Program-made: the position numbers and the translations under genes | Notes under the pieces: generated by a model | The model's input: the letters and a program-made list of their open reading frames with translations, nothing else | What the model was told of the DNA's origin: nothing | Database searches by the model: none | In this document: positions 10,547-20,556 of the stretch, in pieces | Layout: every line of letters starts with the position of its first letter | Numbering within the stretch: position 1 is the first letter of the stretch | DNA from: Bacteroidota bacterium | Lineage (GTDB): Bacteria; Bacteroidota; Bacteroidia; Palsa-965 | Reading direction: 5' to 3' | Length of the DNA: 64,000 bases | Assembly (NCBI GenBank): GCA_016194975.1 | Contig: JACQAM010000009.1 | Location: 788 to 64,787, forward strand

Positions 10547-10677
10547 GGATTACAGATTCGTACAAAGAATACAGATTACGAATTCAGACAGATGTACAGA
10601 TTCGGGTTTTGTTTAAAGGCACAGTAGTAAATTCGTTTTTATCTGTAATCTGTATTCCCCGTAAGAATCTGTAATCC
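10547..10677. repeat. MITE-like element: ~35-bp imperfect terminal inverted repeats built from three TACAGATT units, flanking a ~55-bp core
   Basis: Left arm GGATTACAGATTCGTACAAAGAATACAGATTAC. The reverse complement of the right arm is GGATTACAGATTCTTACGGGGAATACAGATTAC, about 29 matches over 33 positions. Sits in the convergent intergenic gap. Confidence 0.4.
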
Positions 10678-10681
10678 GCCC

Positions 10682-13063
10682 TCAGAATGAAATCTTATAA
10701 CTCGGCACTGCAAGAAATCCAGTTTGATAATTCGTAACGACTGAATTCGATTGCTTGTTATAATCCTGCGAAAAAACATTCCTGTTATTGGTGAAATTCA
10801 TCATCTCCACGGAAAATTGTTGTGTGATGTGTTTCCCATTGTGTATGAAACCGATCTTTCCATCCATCCGGAAATATCCAGCGTAGCGATTTTCATAAGC
10901 GTGCGAAAAATCGAGTACCTCTTCTCCGGCAAGGCCTGATGCAGCAAGATCAACAGGAATAAATCTTTTTCCGCCAGCCATATTCATTTTCAGATCTACC
11001 GAGATCGTGTTTTTCGAATTGAGATGAAATTCTTTTCCGCCCAAAACATTCACCACATAATTTCCGCTGAATGCAGTTTGCCTTTCTTTTCCATCGCTCG
11101 GCGTGAAGTATGCTTTGAAAAGTGAAGTGGTAACGAGAAAATAATATCCCTTCGAATAAAATTTTTCCACGGTCAGTTCCAGTCCATAGTTCCGCCCGGT
11201 TCCTTTGTTCTGCAACGAATCAATTCCCGGCGCATCAAAATCTGCTCCTTCATTCAAACCCGAATAAAGCCCGGAATAAGAATTCGTATTCCTTAACGTA
11301 GGAATGTCGTAGAGGTATTGATAATAAATTTCAGATTTCAAACGGAAGTTGTGCGCAAAATTCCAGTCATAAGCAAGCACAGTGTGAATGGCTTTCGTGA
11401 AACCGATATTTTTATTTGAGAGTGTGTACGATCCGTCGGGCATGAGTGTTTGATTGAAATAAGTGAATACCGTTTGCATCTGGCTGTGCATTCCTCCTCC
11501 TATACTTATTGCATTTTTATCATTCAGTTCATAACGAATTCCCACACGCGGCTCCAACGCCCACGAATCGTTCAGCGTGAGCAGTTGCCAGTGCACACCT
11601 GCATTCAGCGTGATGCGGTCGCTGAACTTGTGCTGCCATTGGGAAAATGCCTGTAATAAAAAGGTACTCGTGTTGATGTTCCTGATCTTGCGGAAATAAA
11701 TCACACTGTAATTCGTACTGTCATGCAGGCTAACAAAAATATCAGTTGCAGTTATTCCTGATTTCCACGTGTTCTTCGCGTTAAATTTTTTCAGCAGGAC
11801 ATAATTCGCAGAAAATTTTTCCTGGCGGAAATCGCTTCCATAATCTCTCCAGAAACTGTGATCGGCTCTTGAAAAAGAATCCTGCTTGATGAAATTCTGC
11901 ATGCCGTTCACCGATAAATTAAATTTACTCAGCAAAGTGGAATTGAAAATATAAGTGTGCGTTATTCCTGTCATTCCGGTTCGTGTTCCGTAATTGGTGT
12001 CATAACCACCCTGGTCATATAAATTCAATTTGGTAGAATCCATGTGACTGTCGTAAAGCGCAATGAAACTCAATCCGCCAACACCCCATACTGAAATGTC
12101 ACCGAATTTTTTTGTGGGGAAATTCAATTTAAAAGAACAGTCCTGGTATTTCGGAACAGCATCTCCTATTCCGAATTCTTCACCGAGCTTCTGAAAAACG
12201 GCGAGCGTGGAATAACGGTAGTTGATCAGGAAAGATGCATTGTGTTGTTTGGTGAACGGCCCCTCAATTCCACCTTCGAATCCGTTGAATCCCATTTGCC
12301 CGAGAAATTCAAATTTTTCATTGTTGCCGTTTCTCATTCGCAGATCGAAAACTCCCGCAACAGCATTTCCGTATTCTGCAGGAAAAGCGCTCGTCATGAA
12401 ATCGGAATTGTCGAGTACATTATTGTTGAGCATACTCACCGGCCCGCCGGTGCTGCCGAATGAACCGAAGTGATTCGGATTCGGAATATCAGAACCGTTG
12501 AGCCGCCATAAAACTCCGAGCGGAGAATTTCCGCGGATCACCACATCGTTTCTCGAATCATCAGCGCCGCTCACACCCGCGTAGTTCGCGGCCATGCGCG
12601 AAGGATCACCGAGACTTCCTGCATAGCGTGAAGTTTCTTCAATGGTAAAAGTGCGCGCACTTACCGTTGCCATTTCGTTGATCGATTTTGTTTTGGAAGA
12701 TTCATCGGTGATCACCACTTCTTTCTGCGTAGCAACTGATTCGGTCAATTCCACAGTGAGAATCACTTCTTTCCCGGAAGTGACGACGATGGAATACGTC
12801 CGGTCTTTGTAACCGACAAAACGGAAAAGTAAATTGTGGCGGCCGACTGCAACATTTTCCATTCTGAAATTTCCATCCACGTCGCTGGTAGTATTCCTTT
12901 GTGCAGCGCCGGTATCATTGAGTACAACGATGGCGCCTACCAATGGAGTTTTGGTCTGATCGTCAACAATTGTTCCGCGAACGGTTTGCACGGGCGTTTG
13001 CGTTTGCGCGACGAGCAGAAAATTCTGCAGGAAAAAAAACAAGAGAATGATAACTATACGCAT
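10682..13063 (-). CDS. TonB-dependent receptor with N-terminal carboxypeptidase-regulatory-like domain
   Basis: Signal peptide MRIVIILLFFFLQNFLLVAQ. CarbopepD_reg-like segment VRGTIVDD...DVDGNFRMENVAVGRHNLLFRFVGY. Plug domain plus a 22-strand-size barrel. C-terminal YKISF with terminal Phe. Confidence 0.8.
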   Translation of the reverse strand: MRIVIILLFFFLQNFLLVAQTQTPVQTVRGTIVDDQTKTPLVGAIVVLNDTGAAQRNTTSDVDGNFRMENVAVGRHNLLFRFVGYKDRTYSIVVTSGKEVILTVELTESVATQKEVVITDESSKTKSINEMATVSARTFTIEETSRYAGSLGDPSRMAANYAGVSGADDSRNDVVIRGNSPLGVLWRLNGSDIPNPNHFGSFGSTGGPVSMLNNNVLDNSDFMTSAFPAEYGNAVAGVFDLRMRNGNNEKFEFLGQMGFNGFEGGIEGPFTKQHNASFLINYRYSTLAVFQKLGEEFGIGDAVPKYQDCSFKLNFPTKKFGDISVWGVGGLSFIALYDSHMDSTKLNLYDQGGYDTNYGTRTGMTGITHTYIFNSTLLSKFNLSVNGMQNFIKQDSFSRADHSFWRDYGSDFRQEKFSANYVLLKKFNAKNTWKSGITATDIFVSLHDSTNYSVIYFRKIRNINTSTFLLQAFSQWQHKFSDRITLNAGVHWQLLTLNDSWALEPRVGIRYELNDKNAISIGGGMHSQMQTVFTYFNQTLMPDGSYTLSNKNIGFTKAIHTVLAYDWNFAHNFRLKSEIYYQYLYDIPTLRNTNSYSGLYSGLNEGADFDAPGIDSLQNKGTGRNYGLELTVEKFYSKGYYFLVTTSLFKAYFTPSDGKERQTAFSGNYVVNVLGGKEFHLNSKNTISVDLKMNMAGGKRFIPVDLAASGLAGEEVLDFSHAYENRYAGYFRMDGKIGFIHNGKHITQQFSVEMMNFTNNRNVFSQDYNKQSNSVVTNYQTGFLAVPSYKISF

Positions 13064-13223
13064 GATGAATGAATTCCGGAATGCGAAGATACTGAAGAGA
13101 CTGGTAATGGGTTCTAAGTTCTTGGTTCTAAGTTCTAATAAAAAACCACTTTCCACTAAAACAAAATGTCTAACTTTCTAAAACAAAAATTACCGGAAAC
13201 AATCTTCTCCACAGAAAAACATT

Positions 13224-15398
13224 ATGAAACGATTTGCATTTTTTTTCCTTGTCTTTTCTTTTTTTACAGCGAAAGCGCAACTTAACCTGGCTCCACTTGT
13301 AATCTCAACCGGAAATGCAGCAGATACTTCTTCTTTTTCTATTGCTGTTTTCAATCCCCAGCAGAAAAACGTAAATGATATCGTCGCCTATCGGCATGAA
13401 AAATTTGAATTGGGAATTGAACTTCCACCGGATCTTTTTCGTGATGTAGAATCATTCTGCGATCAGAACACAAATGATCCTTCGGCAGTAAATCCTTTCG
13501 ACCCGGAACAACTGAATGTTTACGCAGAGTTCACTTCTTTGTCATCCGGGCAAAATGTTGGGCATGCTCAAAAAATATTCGGATTTTATTACAGGGAATT
13601 TATGCGCAATGAAACCGGTGAACACAAAGCATGGGATTATTCGGCAAGCCCAACGAATTATACTTTTCGTTTTCGTTTTGCGCCGCCTGATACCGGCCGG
13701 TGGAAAACGATAATTAAAATTGAAAGTGCAAAGCATGGAAATTATTCTTCCCATGAAATTGATTTTAATTGTTTGCTTTCTTCCGATATTCACAACGAGG
13801 GAAACATTCATACACTTCCGGGAAAAAGATATCTCGAGTTAGGCAATCACATGTTCATGCCCATCGGCTGGAATATCACCAACCCTATTCCACGCAGCTT
13901 TTCAGATTACCGTTTTGGATACGGCCCTTACGACGGATGGAAAACGATCAACATGTATGGTTACATCGATTTCGGAAATTATCTTTCAGAATTATCTTTC
14001 GCCGGCGGAAATTTTTTCCGGATGCATGATCTTCCCTGGTCAACAGAAATTGAATTTGAAAAGCTGAATGATTATTCCGGACGACTGAGCAACGCGTGGG
14101 AAATGGACAGAATACTCGACGAAGCAAAAGATCTCGACCTGTATATTCTTTTATCGCTCGACGTTGCAAATAAACTCCTCAATGGAGCAGGTGCTTACTG
14201 GGACTGGGCAGGAAATGATCTTTCTTCCTGCGCTAAATCGAATGGAGGACCGGACGACAATGGCCTTTGCTATCACTCACAGCTTGGGCTGAAAGACCCT
14301 GTGGATTTTCTTTCTGATGCGCAGGCAAAAAAATATTACAAATACCGTTTGCGTTACATGATCTCGCGTTACGCATACTCCCGCAACATTGCGATGTTTG
14401 AATTATGCAATGAGGCGAATACAATAGGAAAGGAATTTTCTTGCGATAAGGATTGTGCTGCTTCACTGATAAAAGATCCTTACAATACAAGCGCATCTTT
14501 CCGTGCAATATTACAAAAATGGCAAACGGAAATGACCGACTATTTAAAACACGATCTTGATTTGCAGGATCATTTACTCACCATCAATTACGCTGGAGAG
14601 CCCAACAAAGACGACCTCAGTTTTACAACTTGTTCCATTGATGTGAATGATTATAATTATTACAGCGAATACATTTCGCGCACCGGAAATTATTTCTACA
14701 TACAGAAGAGATCGGGGATCGGCTCTGCGTTATCACGACCGGTTTTTTTCAGTGAAACCGGTTCGCCGGAGCGTGATGAATGTTCCGATTTTGCCGAATG
14801 GGTTCGCACGTTCTGGACGATTCCTTTTTCCGGTTGTGCAGGCGGATTGAATTGGCCAAAAACATCTTTACCCGATCTTCCCGCGCCTTACTACGCGCAC
14901 TTCGCACGCCTGCGCGATTTTCTTTCCGGCGTAGATTTCAATGATGGAGACTGGGACCCGGAATACCAGTTGCAATCCGATCTGCTGGCAGAAACCATGT
15001 ATTTAAAACATTTAACTAAAGGTCATGCAAACAAAGCAATAGGCGTGGTATTGAATAGATGTTACAATGATAACTCAATGAGAACATGCGATAATTGCGA
15101 TTGCAGTAATTACAGGCGGCTCAATGGCGTGAAGCAGAAAATTTATCCCGACTCTGTTCCTTTTGATCCGCCGAAAGATGTGAGTTACCGAACGGGCCCC
15201 GGAAAAAAAATGAAAGTGACGGGCATGGGATCGCACAAACATTATAAAGTGGAGTGGACCGATGTGATGACTGGAAAAGTAATTGAAACAGATAGTGAAT
15301 ACACGCAACTGGATGGTGATCTTTTATTGCAATATCCAGCGCTCATTATGACTACTAAACCTGTGCGTCCTATTCTTGCTTTTAAAGTTTTTCCGTAG
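13224..15398 (+). CDS. secreted protein, putative clan GH-A (TIM-barrel) glycoside hydrolase
   Basis: Signal peptide. An MFELCNEAN segment resembles the hydrophobic-x-ELxNE catalytic acid/base motif of clan GH-A. Divergently paired with the TonB-dependent receptor. Confidence 0.35.
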   Translation: MKRFAFFFLVFSFFTAKAQLNLAPLVISTGNAADTSSFSIAVFNPQQKNVNDIVAYRHEKFELGIELPPDLFRDVESFCDQNTNDPSAVNPFDPEQLNVYAEFTSLSSGQNVGHAQKIFGFYYREFMRNETGEHKAWDYSASPTNYTFRFRFAPPDTGRWKTIIKIESAKHGNYSSHEIDFNCLLSSDIHNEGNIHTLPGKRYLELGNHMFMPIGWNITNPIPRSFSDYRFGYGPYDGWKTINMYGYIDFGNYLSELSFAGGNFFRMHDLPWSTEIEFEKLNDYSGRLSNAWEMDRILDEAKDLDLYILLSLDVANKLLNGAGAYWDWAGNDLSSCAKSNGGPDDNGLCYHSQLGLKDPVDFLSDAQAKKYYKYRLRYMISRYAYSRNIAMFELCNEANTIGKEFSCDKDCAASLIKDPYNTSASFRAILQKWQTEMTDYLKHDLDLQDHLLTINYAGEPNKDDLSFTTCSIDVNDYNYYSEYISRTGNYFYIQKRSGIGSALSRPVFFSETGSPERDECSDFAEWVRTFWTIPFSGCAGGLNWPKTSLPDLPAPYYAHFARLRDFLSGVDFNDGDWDPEYQLQSDLLAETMYLKHLTKGHANKAIGVVLNRCYNDNSMRTCDNCDCSNYRRLNGVKQKIYPDSVPFDPPKDVSYRTGPGKKMKVTGMGSHKHYKVEWTDVMTGKVIETDSEYTQLDGDLLLQYPALIMTTKPVRPILAFKVFP

Positions 15399-15543
15399 GA
15401 TAGGGCGTTTGAAGTAAAATGAATTTATCCAGGTAAAAAATGCGAGCGGAAAAATTACGGGAACGAAAAAAATGATCAGGGAGTGAATATTCACATTCGC
15501 AGTTTTGTTCCAAACCTGTTCGGGATTCGTAATTCGTAAAACC

Positions 15544-16590
15544 TCACACCACCGCTACATCTTTCGCAAATGCATTTTCTTTTTCTGCAGCAGCTTTTCC
15601 ATCATACGCCCACTTCACGAACATTCCTCCCCAGGTAAATCCTGCGCCGAACGTGGTGAGAATTAAATTATCACCTTTCTTCAATTGGTTTTCCCATTCC
15701 GTGAGACAAATAGGAAGTGTTGCCGTCGTAGTGTTGCCGTATTTCTGAATATTCAGCATCACTTTCTCGTGGCCAACTCCCATGCGGTTTGCAGTGGCAT
15801 CAATGATGCGTTTGTTCGCCTGGTGCGGAACAAGAAATGCAATATCTTTTGAAGTAAGTCCGTTGCGCATCATCATTTCTTCGGCAACATCTGCCATTTT
15901 TACAACAGCGAGTTTAAAAACTCCCTGACCATTCATGGTAATGAAATGTTGTTTATTCCTCAATGTTTCTTCCGAAGCAGGATGCAAACTTCCACCGGCC
16001 GGTTGAATGAGTTGAGCAGTTCCCGAACCATCGGTGTACATTCTGGCATCTACAATTCCATTTCCGGAATCATCGGGTTCAAGCAGCAGACATCCTGCTC
16101 CGTCGCCGAAGAGAATGCACGTGCGGCGATCGGTGTAGTCAACAATGCTCGACATTTTATCGGCGCCAACCACAAGAACTTTTTTATGCGCACCGGTCTC
16201 GATGAATTGTTTTCCCACATTAAGCGCGTAAATAAAACCGGAGCATGCACCCATCACATCGAAGCTCCAGGAGCGTGTAGCGCCAATCATATCTGCAATG
16301 ATATTTGCAGTTGCAGGAAACTGGTGATCGGGAGTGGCGGTGGAACAGATGATGAGATCGACCGAGAGCGGATCGATGTTCATTTTTTTTAAAAGTTTTT
16401 TTGCTGCTTCTGCGCCCATGTATGCGGAAGCTTTATCGGGATCGCGCAGGATTCTTCTTTCGCTCACGCCGCTCCTGTCGAGAATCCACTCATTGGTGGT
16501 ATCGACCATTTTTTCGATATCGGCATTTGTGAGTTTGTCTTCGGGCAACCAGCAGGAAACGCCGGTTATGGCAGCTTTCATCTTCTTCAT
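15544..16590 (-). CDS. fabH: 3-oxoacyl-ACP synthase III (FabH family)
   Basis: Active-site Cys in GACSGF, His/Asn motifs HQAN and GNTTTA, ~348 aa. Not next to plsX, so it may be a paralogous KAS III. Confidence 0.85.
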   Translation of the reverse strand: MKKMKAAITGVSCWLPEDKLTNADIEKMVDTTNEWILDRSGVSERRILRDPDKASAYMGAEAAKKLLKKMNIDPLSVDLIICSTATPDHQFPATANIIADMIGATRSWSFDVMGACSGFIYALNVGKQFIETGAHKKVLVVGADKMSSIVDYTDRRTCILFGDGAGCLLLEPDDSGNGIVDARMYTDGSGTAQLIQPAGGSLHPASEETLRNKQHFITMNGQGVFKLAVVKMADVAEEMMMRNGLTSKDIAFLVPHQANKRIIDATANRMGVGHEKVMLNIQKYGNTTTATLPICLTEWENQLKKGDNLILTTFGAGFTWGGMFVKWAYDGKAAAEKENAFAKDVAVV

Positions 16591-16718
16591 CGGGCAGGTT
16601 TTTTTACTCGTACAAATTTAAAGAAAGTGCAGGAGGAAACCATCGGCAAAAATTAAAAAACCTACGATATTCAATGAGTAAATAATAGTTTATTTGCCAA
16701 TAAAAAAAGTTATTTTTA

Positions 16719-18284
16719 TTGAAAATATATACGATGTCCAAATTGAATTCCGATTCACTAACACTCCTCATTCAGCGGATGAGTAAAAGTGAAAAACGTC
16801 ATTTCAAACTGATGGCATCTCGTCATGCTTCGGGCGACGGGAAATTCATTCGTCTTTTCGACCATATAGCTTCATCGGGCAGAAATGTGTCCCGGTCGGA
16901 AAGAGAGAGTGCCACTGGCATCAGTAATCAGCAATGGCCGAACCAGAAAGCGTTTCTTTACAATTATCTGCTTCATTGCCTGCATGTACTCAATTCCTCG
17001 TCGTCGATTGAACTCTCTCTTGCCGATCTCCTCAGCCAGTCACGCATTCTTTACGACAAATGTCTGTATCGCGATTGCCTGTGTCTCATTGATAAAGCGA
17101 AAAAAATTGCACACCATTCCGACCAGTTCATCCTGCTGATGGAATTACTGCATCTCGAAAAATCTGCGATCAGCCACACAATCGCCTCCAGCCACCAGGA
17201 GATTGTAAAAGCATCTGCTTTTAATTCGCGCGATGTGGTACGCAGGATAGAAACAGAAAACCGTTTGCAGGATCTTTCTATTCGCCTCAATACATTTTAT
17301 TTGCAAACCGGATTCATCCGTCACCGGAACGAACTCGCGCGCGTGAAAAAAATATTCCGTGATAATTTTCTTTCCTACAACGAAAAGAAACTCGATTTTG
17401 CCGTGCGTGTACACCTGTTGCAATCCCTCACCGGTTATTATTTTTTCGTCCAGGATTTCCGCCTGGGACTTTCCAGCGCAAAACGTTACGTGGCATTGTT
17501 CGAAGATCAACCTGAAAAAATTTTTATTCACACGGAAGCGTACATACGCGCGCTGAACAGTTTGCTCGTGGCGCTCAATAAATTCAATGCACTTACAGAA
17601 TTTGAAAGTGTTCACCGCCGACTCATAGCGCTCAAACGTGATCCGAAAATTGTGCTTACTGAAAACATCAACCTGAATCTGTTCAAAGCAATTTATATTC
17701 ACGAGATCAATCGTCATTTCATGAAAGGAGAATTCCGTTCGGGAACGCGCATAGTCGGAAAACTGGAAAATGAACTCGATCGTTTCATTCCGCTGCTCGA
17801 TCATCATTCGGTGTTGCTCTTCTATTACAAGATCGCTTGCCTGTATTTCGGCGCCGACCAGTACAAACGTTCACTGCATTGGTTGAACCGGATCATTCAC
17901 GCAAAAGATATTTCCGTGCGCGAGGATCTGCACGCATTCGCACGCATACTCGCACTCATCTGCGACTGGGAGCTCGGGAATGAGCGCATTGCGGAAGCGC
18001 ACGTGCGCTCGCTCTATCGTTTCCTGATGAAAAAAGGAGATCTCACTGCTTACAATAAACTCATCCTGGAATTTCTCCGTCGCCTGCCGGGATATCTTTC
18101 CCGAAAAAAACTGCAGCAGCTTTTTATTGACCTGCGTGAAAAATTAATTCCGCTCACAAAAAAGAAATTTGAAAAACGCGCTTTCTATTATTTCGACATC
18201 ATTACCTGGCTAGATAGTAAGATCACGAAAATGACGATGGAAGAAATTGTAAAAAGCAGAGTACGAAATACGAAAATATACTGA
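16719..18284 (+). CDS. conserved hypothetical all-alpha cytoplasmic protein (~515 aa)
   Basis: No TM or signal peptide; predicted helical repeats. N-terminus ...MSKSEKRHFKLMA. The start is more likely Met at 16734. Confidence 0.4.
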   Translation: MKIYTMSKLNSDSLTLLIQRMSKSEKRHFKLMASRHASGDGKFIRLFDHIASSGRNVSRSERESATGISNQQWPNQKAFLYNYLLHCLHVLNSSSSIELSLADLLSQSRILYDKCLYRDCLCLIDKAKKIAHHSDQFILLMELLHLEKSAISHTIASSHQEIVKASAFNSRDVVRRIETENRLQDLSIRLNTFYLQTGFIRHRNELARVKKIFRDNFLSYNEKKLDFAVRVHLLQSLTGYYFFVQDFRLGLSSAKRYVALFEDQPEKIFIHTEAYIRALNSLLVALNKFNALTEFESVHRRLIALKRDPKIVLTENINLNLFKAIYIHEINRHFMKGEFRSGTRIVGKLENELDRFIPLLDHHSVLLFYYKIACLYFGADQYKRSLHWLNRIIHAKDISVREDLHAFARILALICDWELGNERIAEAHVRSLYRFLMKKGDLTAYNKLILEFLRRLPGYLSRKKLQQLFIDLREKLIPLTKKKFEKRAFYYFDIITWLDSKITKMTMEEIVKSRVRNTKIY

Positions 18285-18312
18285 AAGTTACGAAATGCGA
18301 AACCCCGAAAAT

Positions 18313-18681
18313 CTATTTACCATAAAACTTTCTGGTAAAAGCTTTTTGCAATTCCCTTGTCACGATCTCTTCTGCCAGCAGCGATTCATTCCCCGCAACA
18401 CGTTCCGTTTTTTTCTGCGATACATCAACGCGGTACAACAGGCGCATTACTTTCTCAGAAGCAAATCCTCCATTCACATGAATAATTAATTTTATTTCAT
18501 CACGGAAAGAAAAAATATCTGCAACAACATTTTCCCGAAATTCCGTTTCAATTCCCGATGAGAGCAGATCGCCATGGAATAATTTAACTGCAACAGGCAG
18601 CAACTCTTTTAAAAGATCACCGCATTCAACAAAATCATTGATATTTTCCGGGAGAGTATTGGTCATTGGGTTATTAGTCAT
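18313..18681 (-). CDS. hypothetical small soluble protein (122 aa)
   Basis: ORF co-directional with the upstream small membrane protein, with a 13-bp gap between them. No recognisable motif. Confidence 0.35.
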   Translation of the reverse strand: MTNNPMTNTLPENINDFVECGDLLKELLPVAVKLFHGDLLSSGIETEFRENVVADIFSFRDEIKLIIHVNGGFASEKVMRLLYRVDVSQKKTERVAGNESLLAEEIVTRELQKAFTRKFYGK

Positions 18682-18694
18682 TCGTGATCCGTAA

Positions 18695-19057
18695 TCAGAG
18701 ATTCCGATCCATTCGCTTATAAAAGATCATGAAAATTATGCTGAAAATAATGGACACTACCGCATCGGCTATGCCCAGCGCAGTGAGATCGCCGAACAAT
18801 TGCAGGATGATGATCTTCGTGAGCGTGATGTAAACAAATAATTCTGCGCCCCATTTTTTCATGTGCCATACTCCTACCGTAGCCATGAAACGAAGCGCCG
18901 TCATAGTTCCATAAACAATAGGATACCATTTCGCAATGCTCCGAATGCCGGGATAAGAAATGAGAATGATCTGGAATGCAGAGATCACAAATCCCACCAC
19001 ACAGAAAATGGAAATTACTATTGGCCGTTTTCGAAGTACGTATTCCACGGAATTCAA
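18695..19057 (-). CDS. small integral membrane protein (4 predicted TM segments)
   Basis: Hydrophobic segments IVISIFCVVGFVISAFQIILI, VYGTMTALRFMATVGVW, LFVYITLTKIIILQLF and IADAVVSIIFSIIFMIF. Confidence 0.4.
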   Translation of the reverse strand: MNSVEYVLRKRPIVISIFCVVGFVISAFQIILISYPGIRSIAKWYPIVYGTMTALRFMATVGVWHMKKWGAELFVYITLTKIIILQLFGDLTALGIADAVVSIIFSIIFMIFYKRMDRNL

Positions 19058-19308
19058 AATTCTGATTTGAGATTTGAGATTTGAAATTCGAAATGGAGAA
19101 TAGGTTTCATCTTAGTATTTTTATTCACTTTAATTTATGTTCAATCCCGAATCTTAAATTAAGAGGATATCTAATAACTAATTTTTTTTTTGCCACTATG
19201 GAACCAAGACACAAAGATTAATAAAGTTTTTCTCTTAGTGTTTCTTAGTGCCCTTGTGCCTTTGTGGCGATATGTTTTTTTTTAATAATTAGGTTTTTAG
19301 AGATACCC

Positions 19309-20556
19309 TTAAGAATTACTTCTAATCGCTTCCACCGGATCAAGCTGCGCTGCCGAATACGCAGGAATGAATCCGGAAATAATTCCGATGAGAATGGAAA
19401 TGGTTATTCCCAATGAAATATTCGCTGTCGAAAGAATGAATCCGTAATCCAGCGTTTTATTCGCGATCAGCACCAGCACGTAATCGAGAATAAGCCCGAT
19501 GAATCCGCCAAGCATACACAACACCACGCTCTCCGCAAGAAATTGCATGAGTATGAACCAGCTTTTTGCTCCCAGCGATTTCTGAATTCCTATTTGAGAA
19601 GTGCGTTCGCGCACCGAAACGAACATGATATTCGCAATGCCGAATCCGCCGACAAGAATCGAAAATGCTCCAATGATCCATCCCGTGGTCCCGATCACAC
19701 CGAATAAACTTTCCAGCGGCTGACTCAGTACACTCACTTCGTTCAATGCATAATTATCTTCTTCTTCCGGTTTCAGACGGCGCAAACTCCGCATCACACC
19801 CGTGAGTTCATCCTTCAGTTCCGGAGTCGTCACCCCGTCTTTCGCACGCACCATGATGTAAGGATCAAGTTCATCTTTCTCCGCATCCATCATCGTCCTT
19901 GCAAAATCAAGCGGCATCACCACCTGGTCGTCAGAACTATTGCCCACCATACTTTCTCCTTCTGCTTTGAACACGCCGATCACTGTCATTTTTCTTCCCA
20001 TCATGAGAATACTTTTTTCCAGCGGATCTTCATCGCGGAAAAGCGCGCTCGCTACATTCGCGCCTATGAGCACCACCGCACGGCCGTTAGCAAATTCCTG
20101 CTCGGTGAAATATCTTCCCGAAGAGAGATCGAAATTTTTTACACGGTTATAACCGAAAGTAGTTCCCACGATCGTCACATTTTCCACATAGGAAGTCTGG
20201 TAATGCGCCGTCGATTTATTATTCACCGTGTACACTACTGCCGATGCTCCGGTAAGCCGGCGTGTAAGTTCATCCGCCTCATCGATCTTCATCACCGGCC
20301 GGTTCATGTATTTCCACCAGGCATAATCACCCTTGGTAAACCACGGCCATTTCTGAATGAAAACCACGTTCTGCCCCAGCGACTGCACACTCGTTTTGAT
20401 CTTGTTCGCCATCGAATCGACTGCCGTGAAAACCGCGATGATCGCGAAAATACCAATGGTAATTCCGAGCAGCGAAAGAACGGTGCGAAGCCGGTTCACC
20501 CGAAGTGCATTGAGCGCAAACAGGAAACTTTCACGAAGCAGGTTGAGAAAAAGCAT
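19309..20556 (-). CDS. ABC transporter permease, FtsX/MacB-LolE family
   Basis: N-terminal TM segment, large periplasmic domain, and a C-terminal 3-TM FtsX domain with the conserved GLILDYVL...FIPA region. Confidence 0.8.
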   Translation of the reverse strand: MLFLNLLRESFLFALNALRVNRLRTVLSLLGITIGIFAIIAVFTAVDSMANKIKTSVQSLGQNVVFIQKWPWFTKGDYAWWKYMNRPVMKIDEADELTRRLTGASAVVYTVNNKSTAHYQTSYVENVTIVGTTFGYNRVKNFDLSSGRYFTEQEFANGRAVVLIGANVASALFRDEDPLEKSILMMGRKMTVIGVFKAEGESMVGNSSDDQVVMPLDFARTMMDAEKDELDPYIMVRAKDGVTTPELKDELTGVMRSLRRLKPEEEDNYALNEVSVLSQPLESLFGVIGTTGWIIGAFSILVGGFGIANIMFVSVRERTSQIGIQKSLGAKSWFILMQFLAESVVLCMLGGFIGLILDYVLVLIANKTLDYGFILSTANISLGITISILIGIISGFIPAYSAAQLDPVEAIRSNS

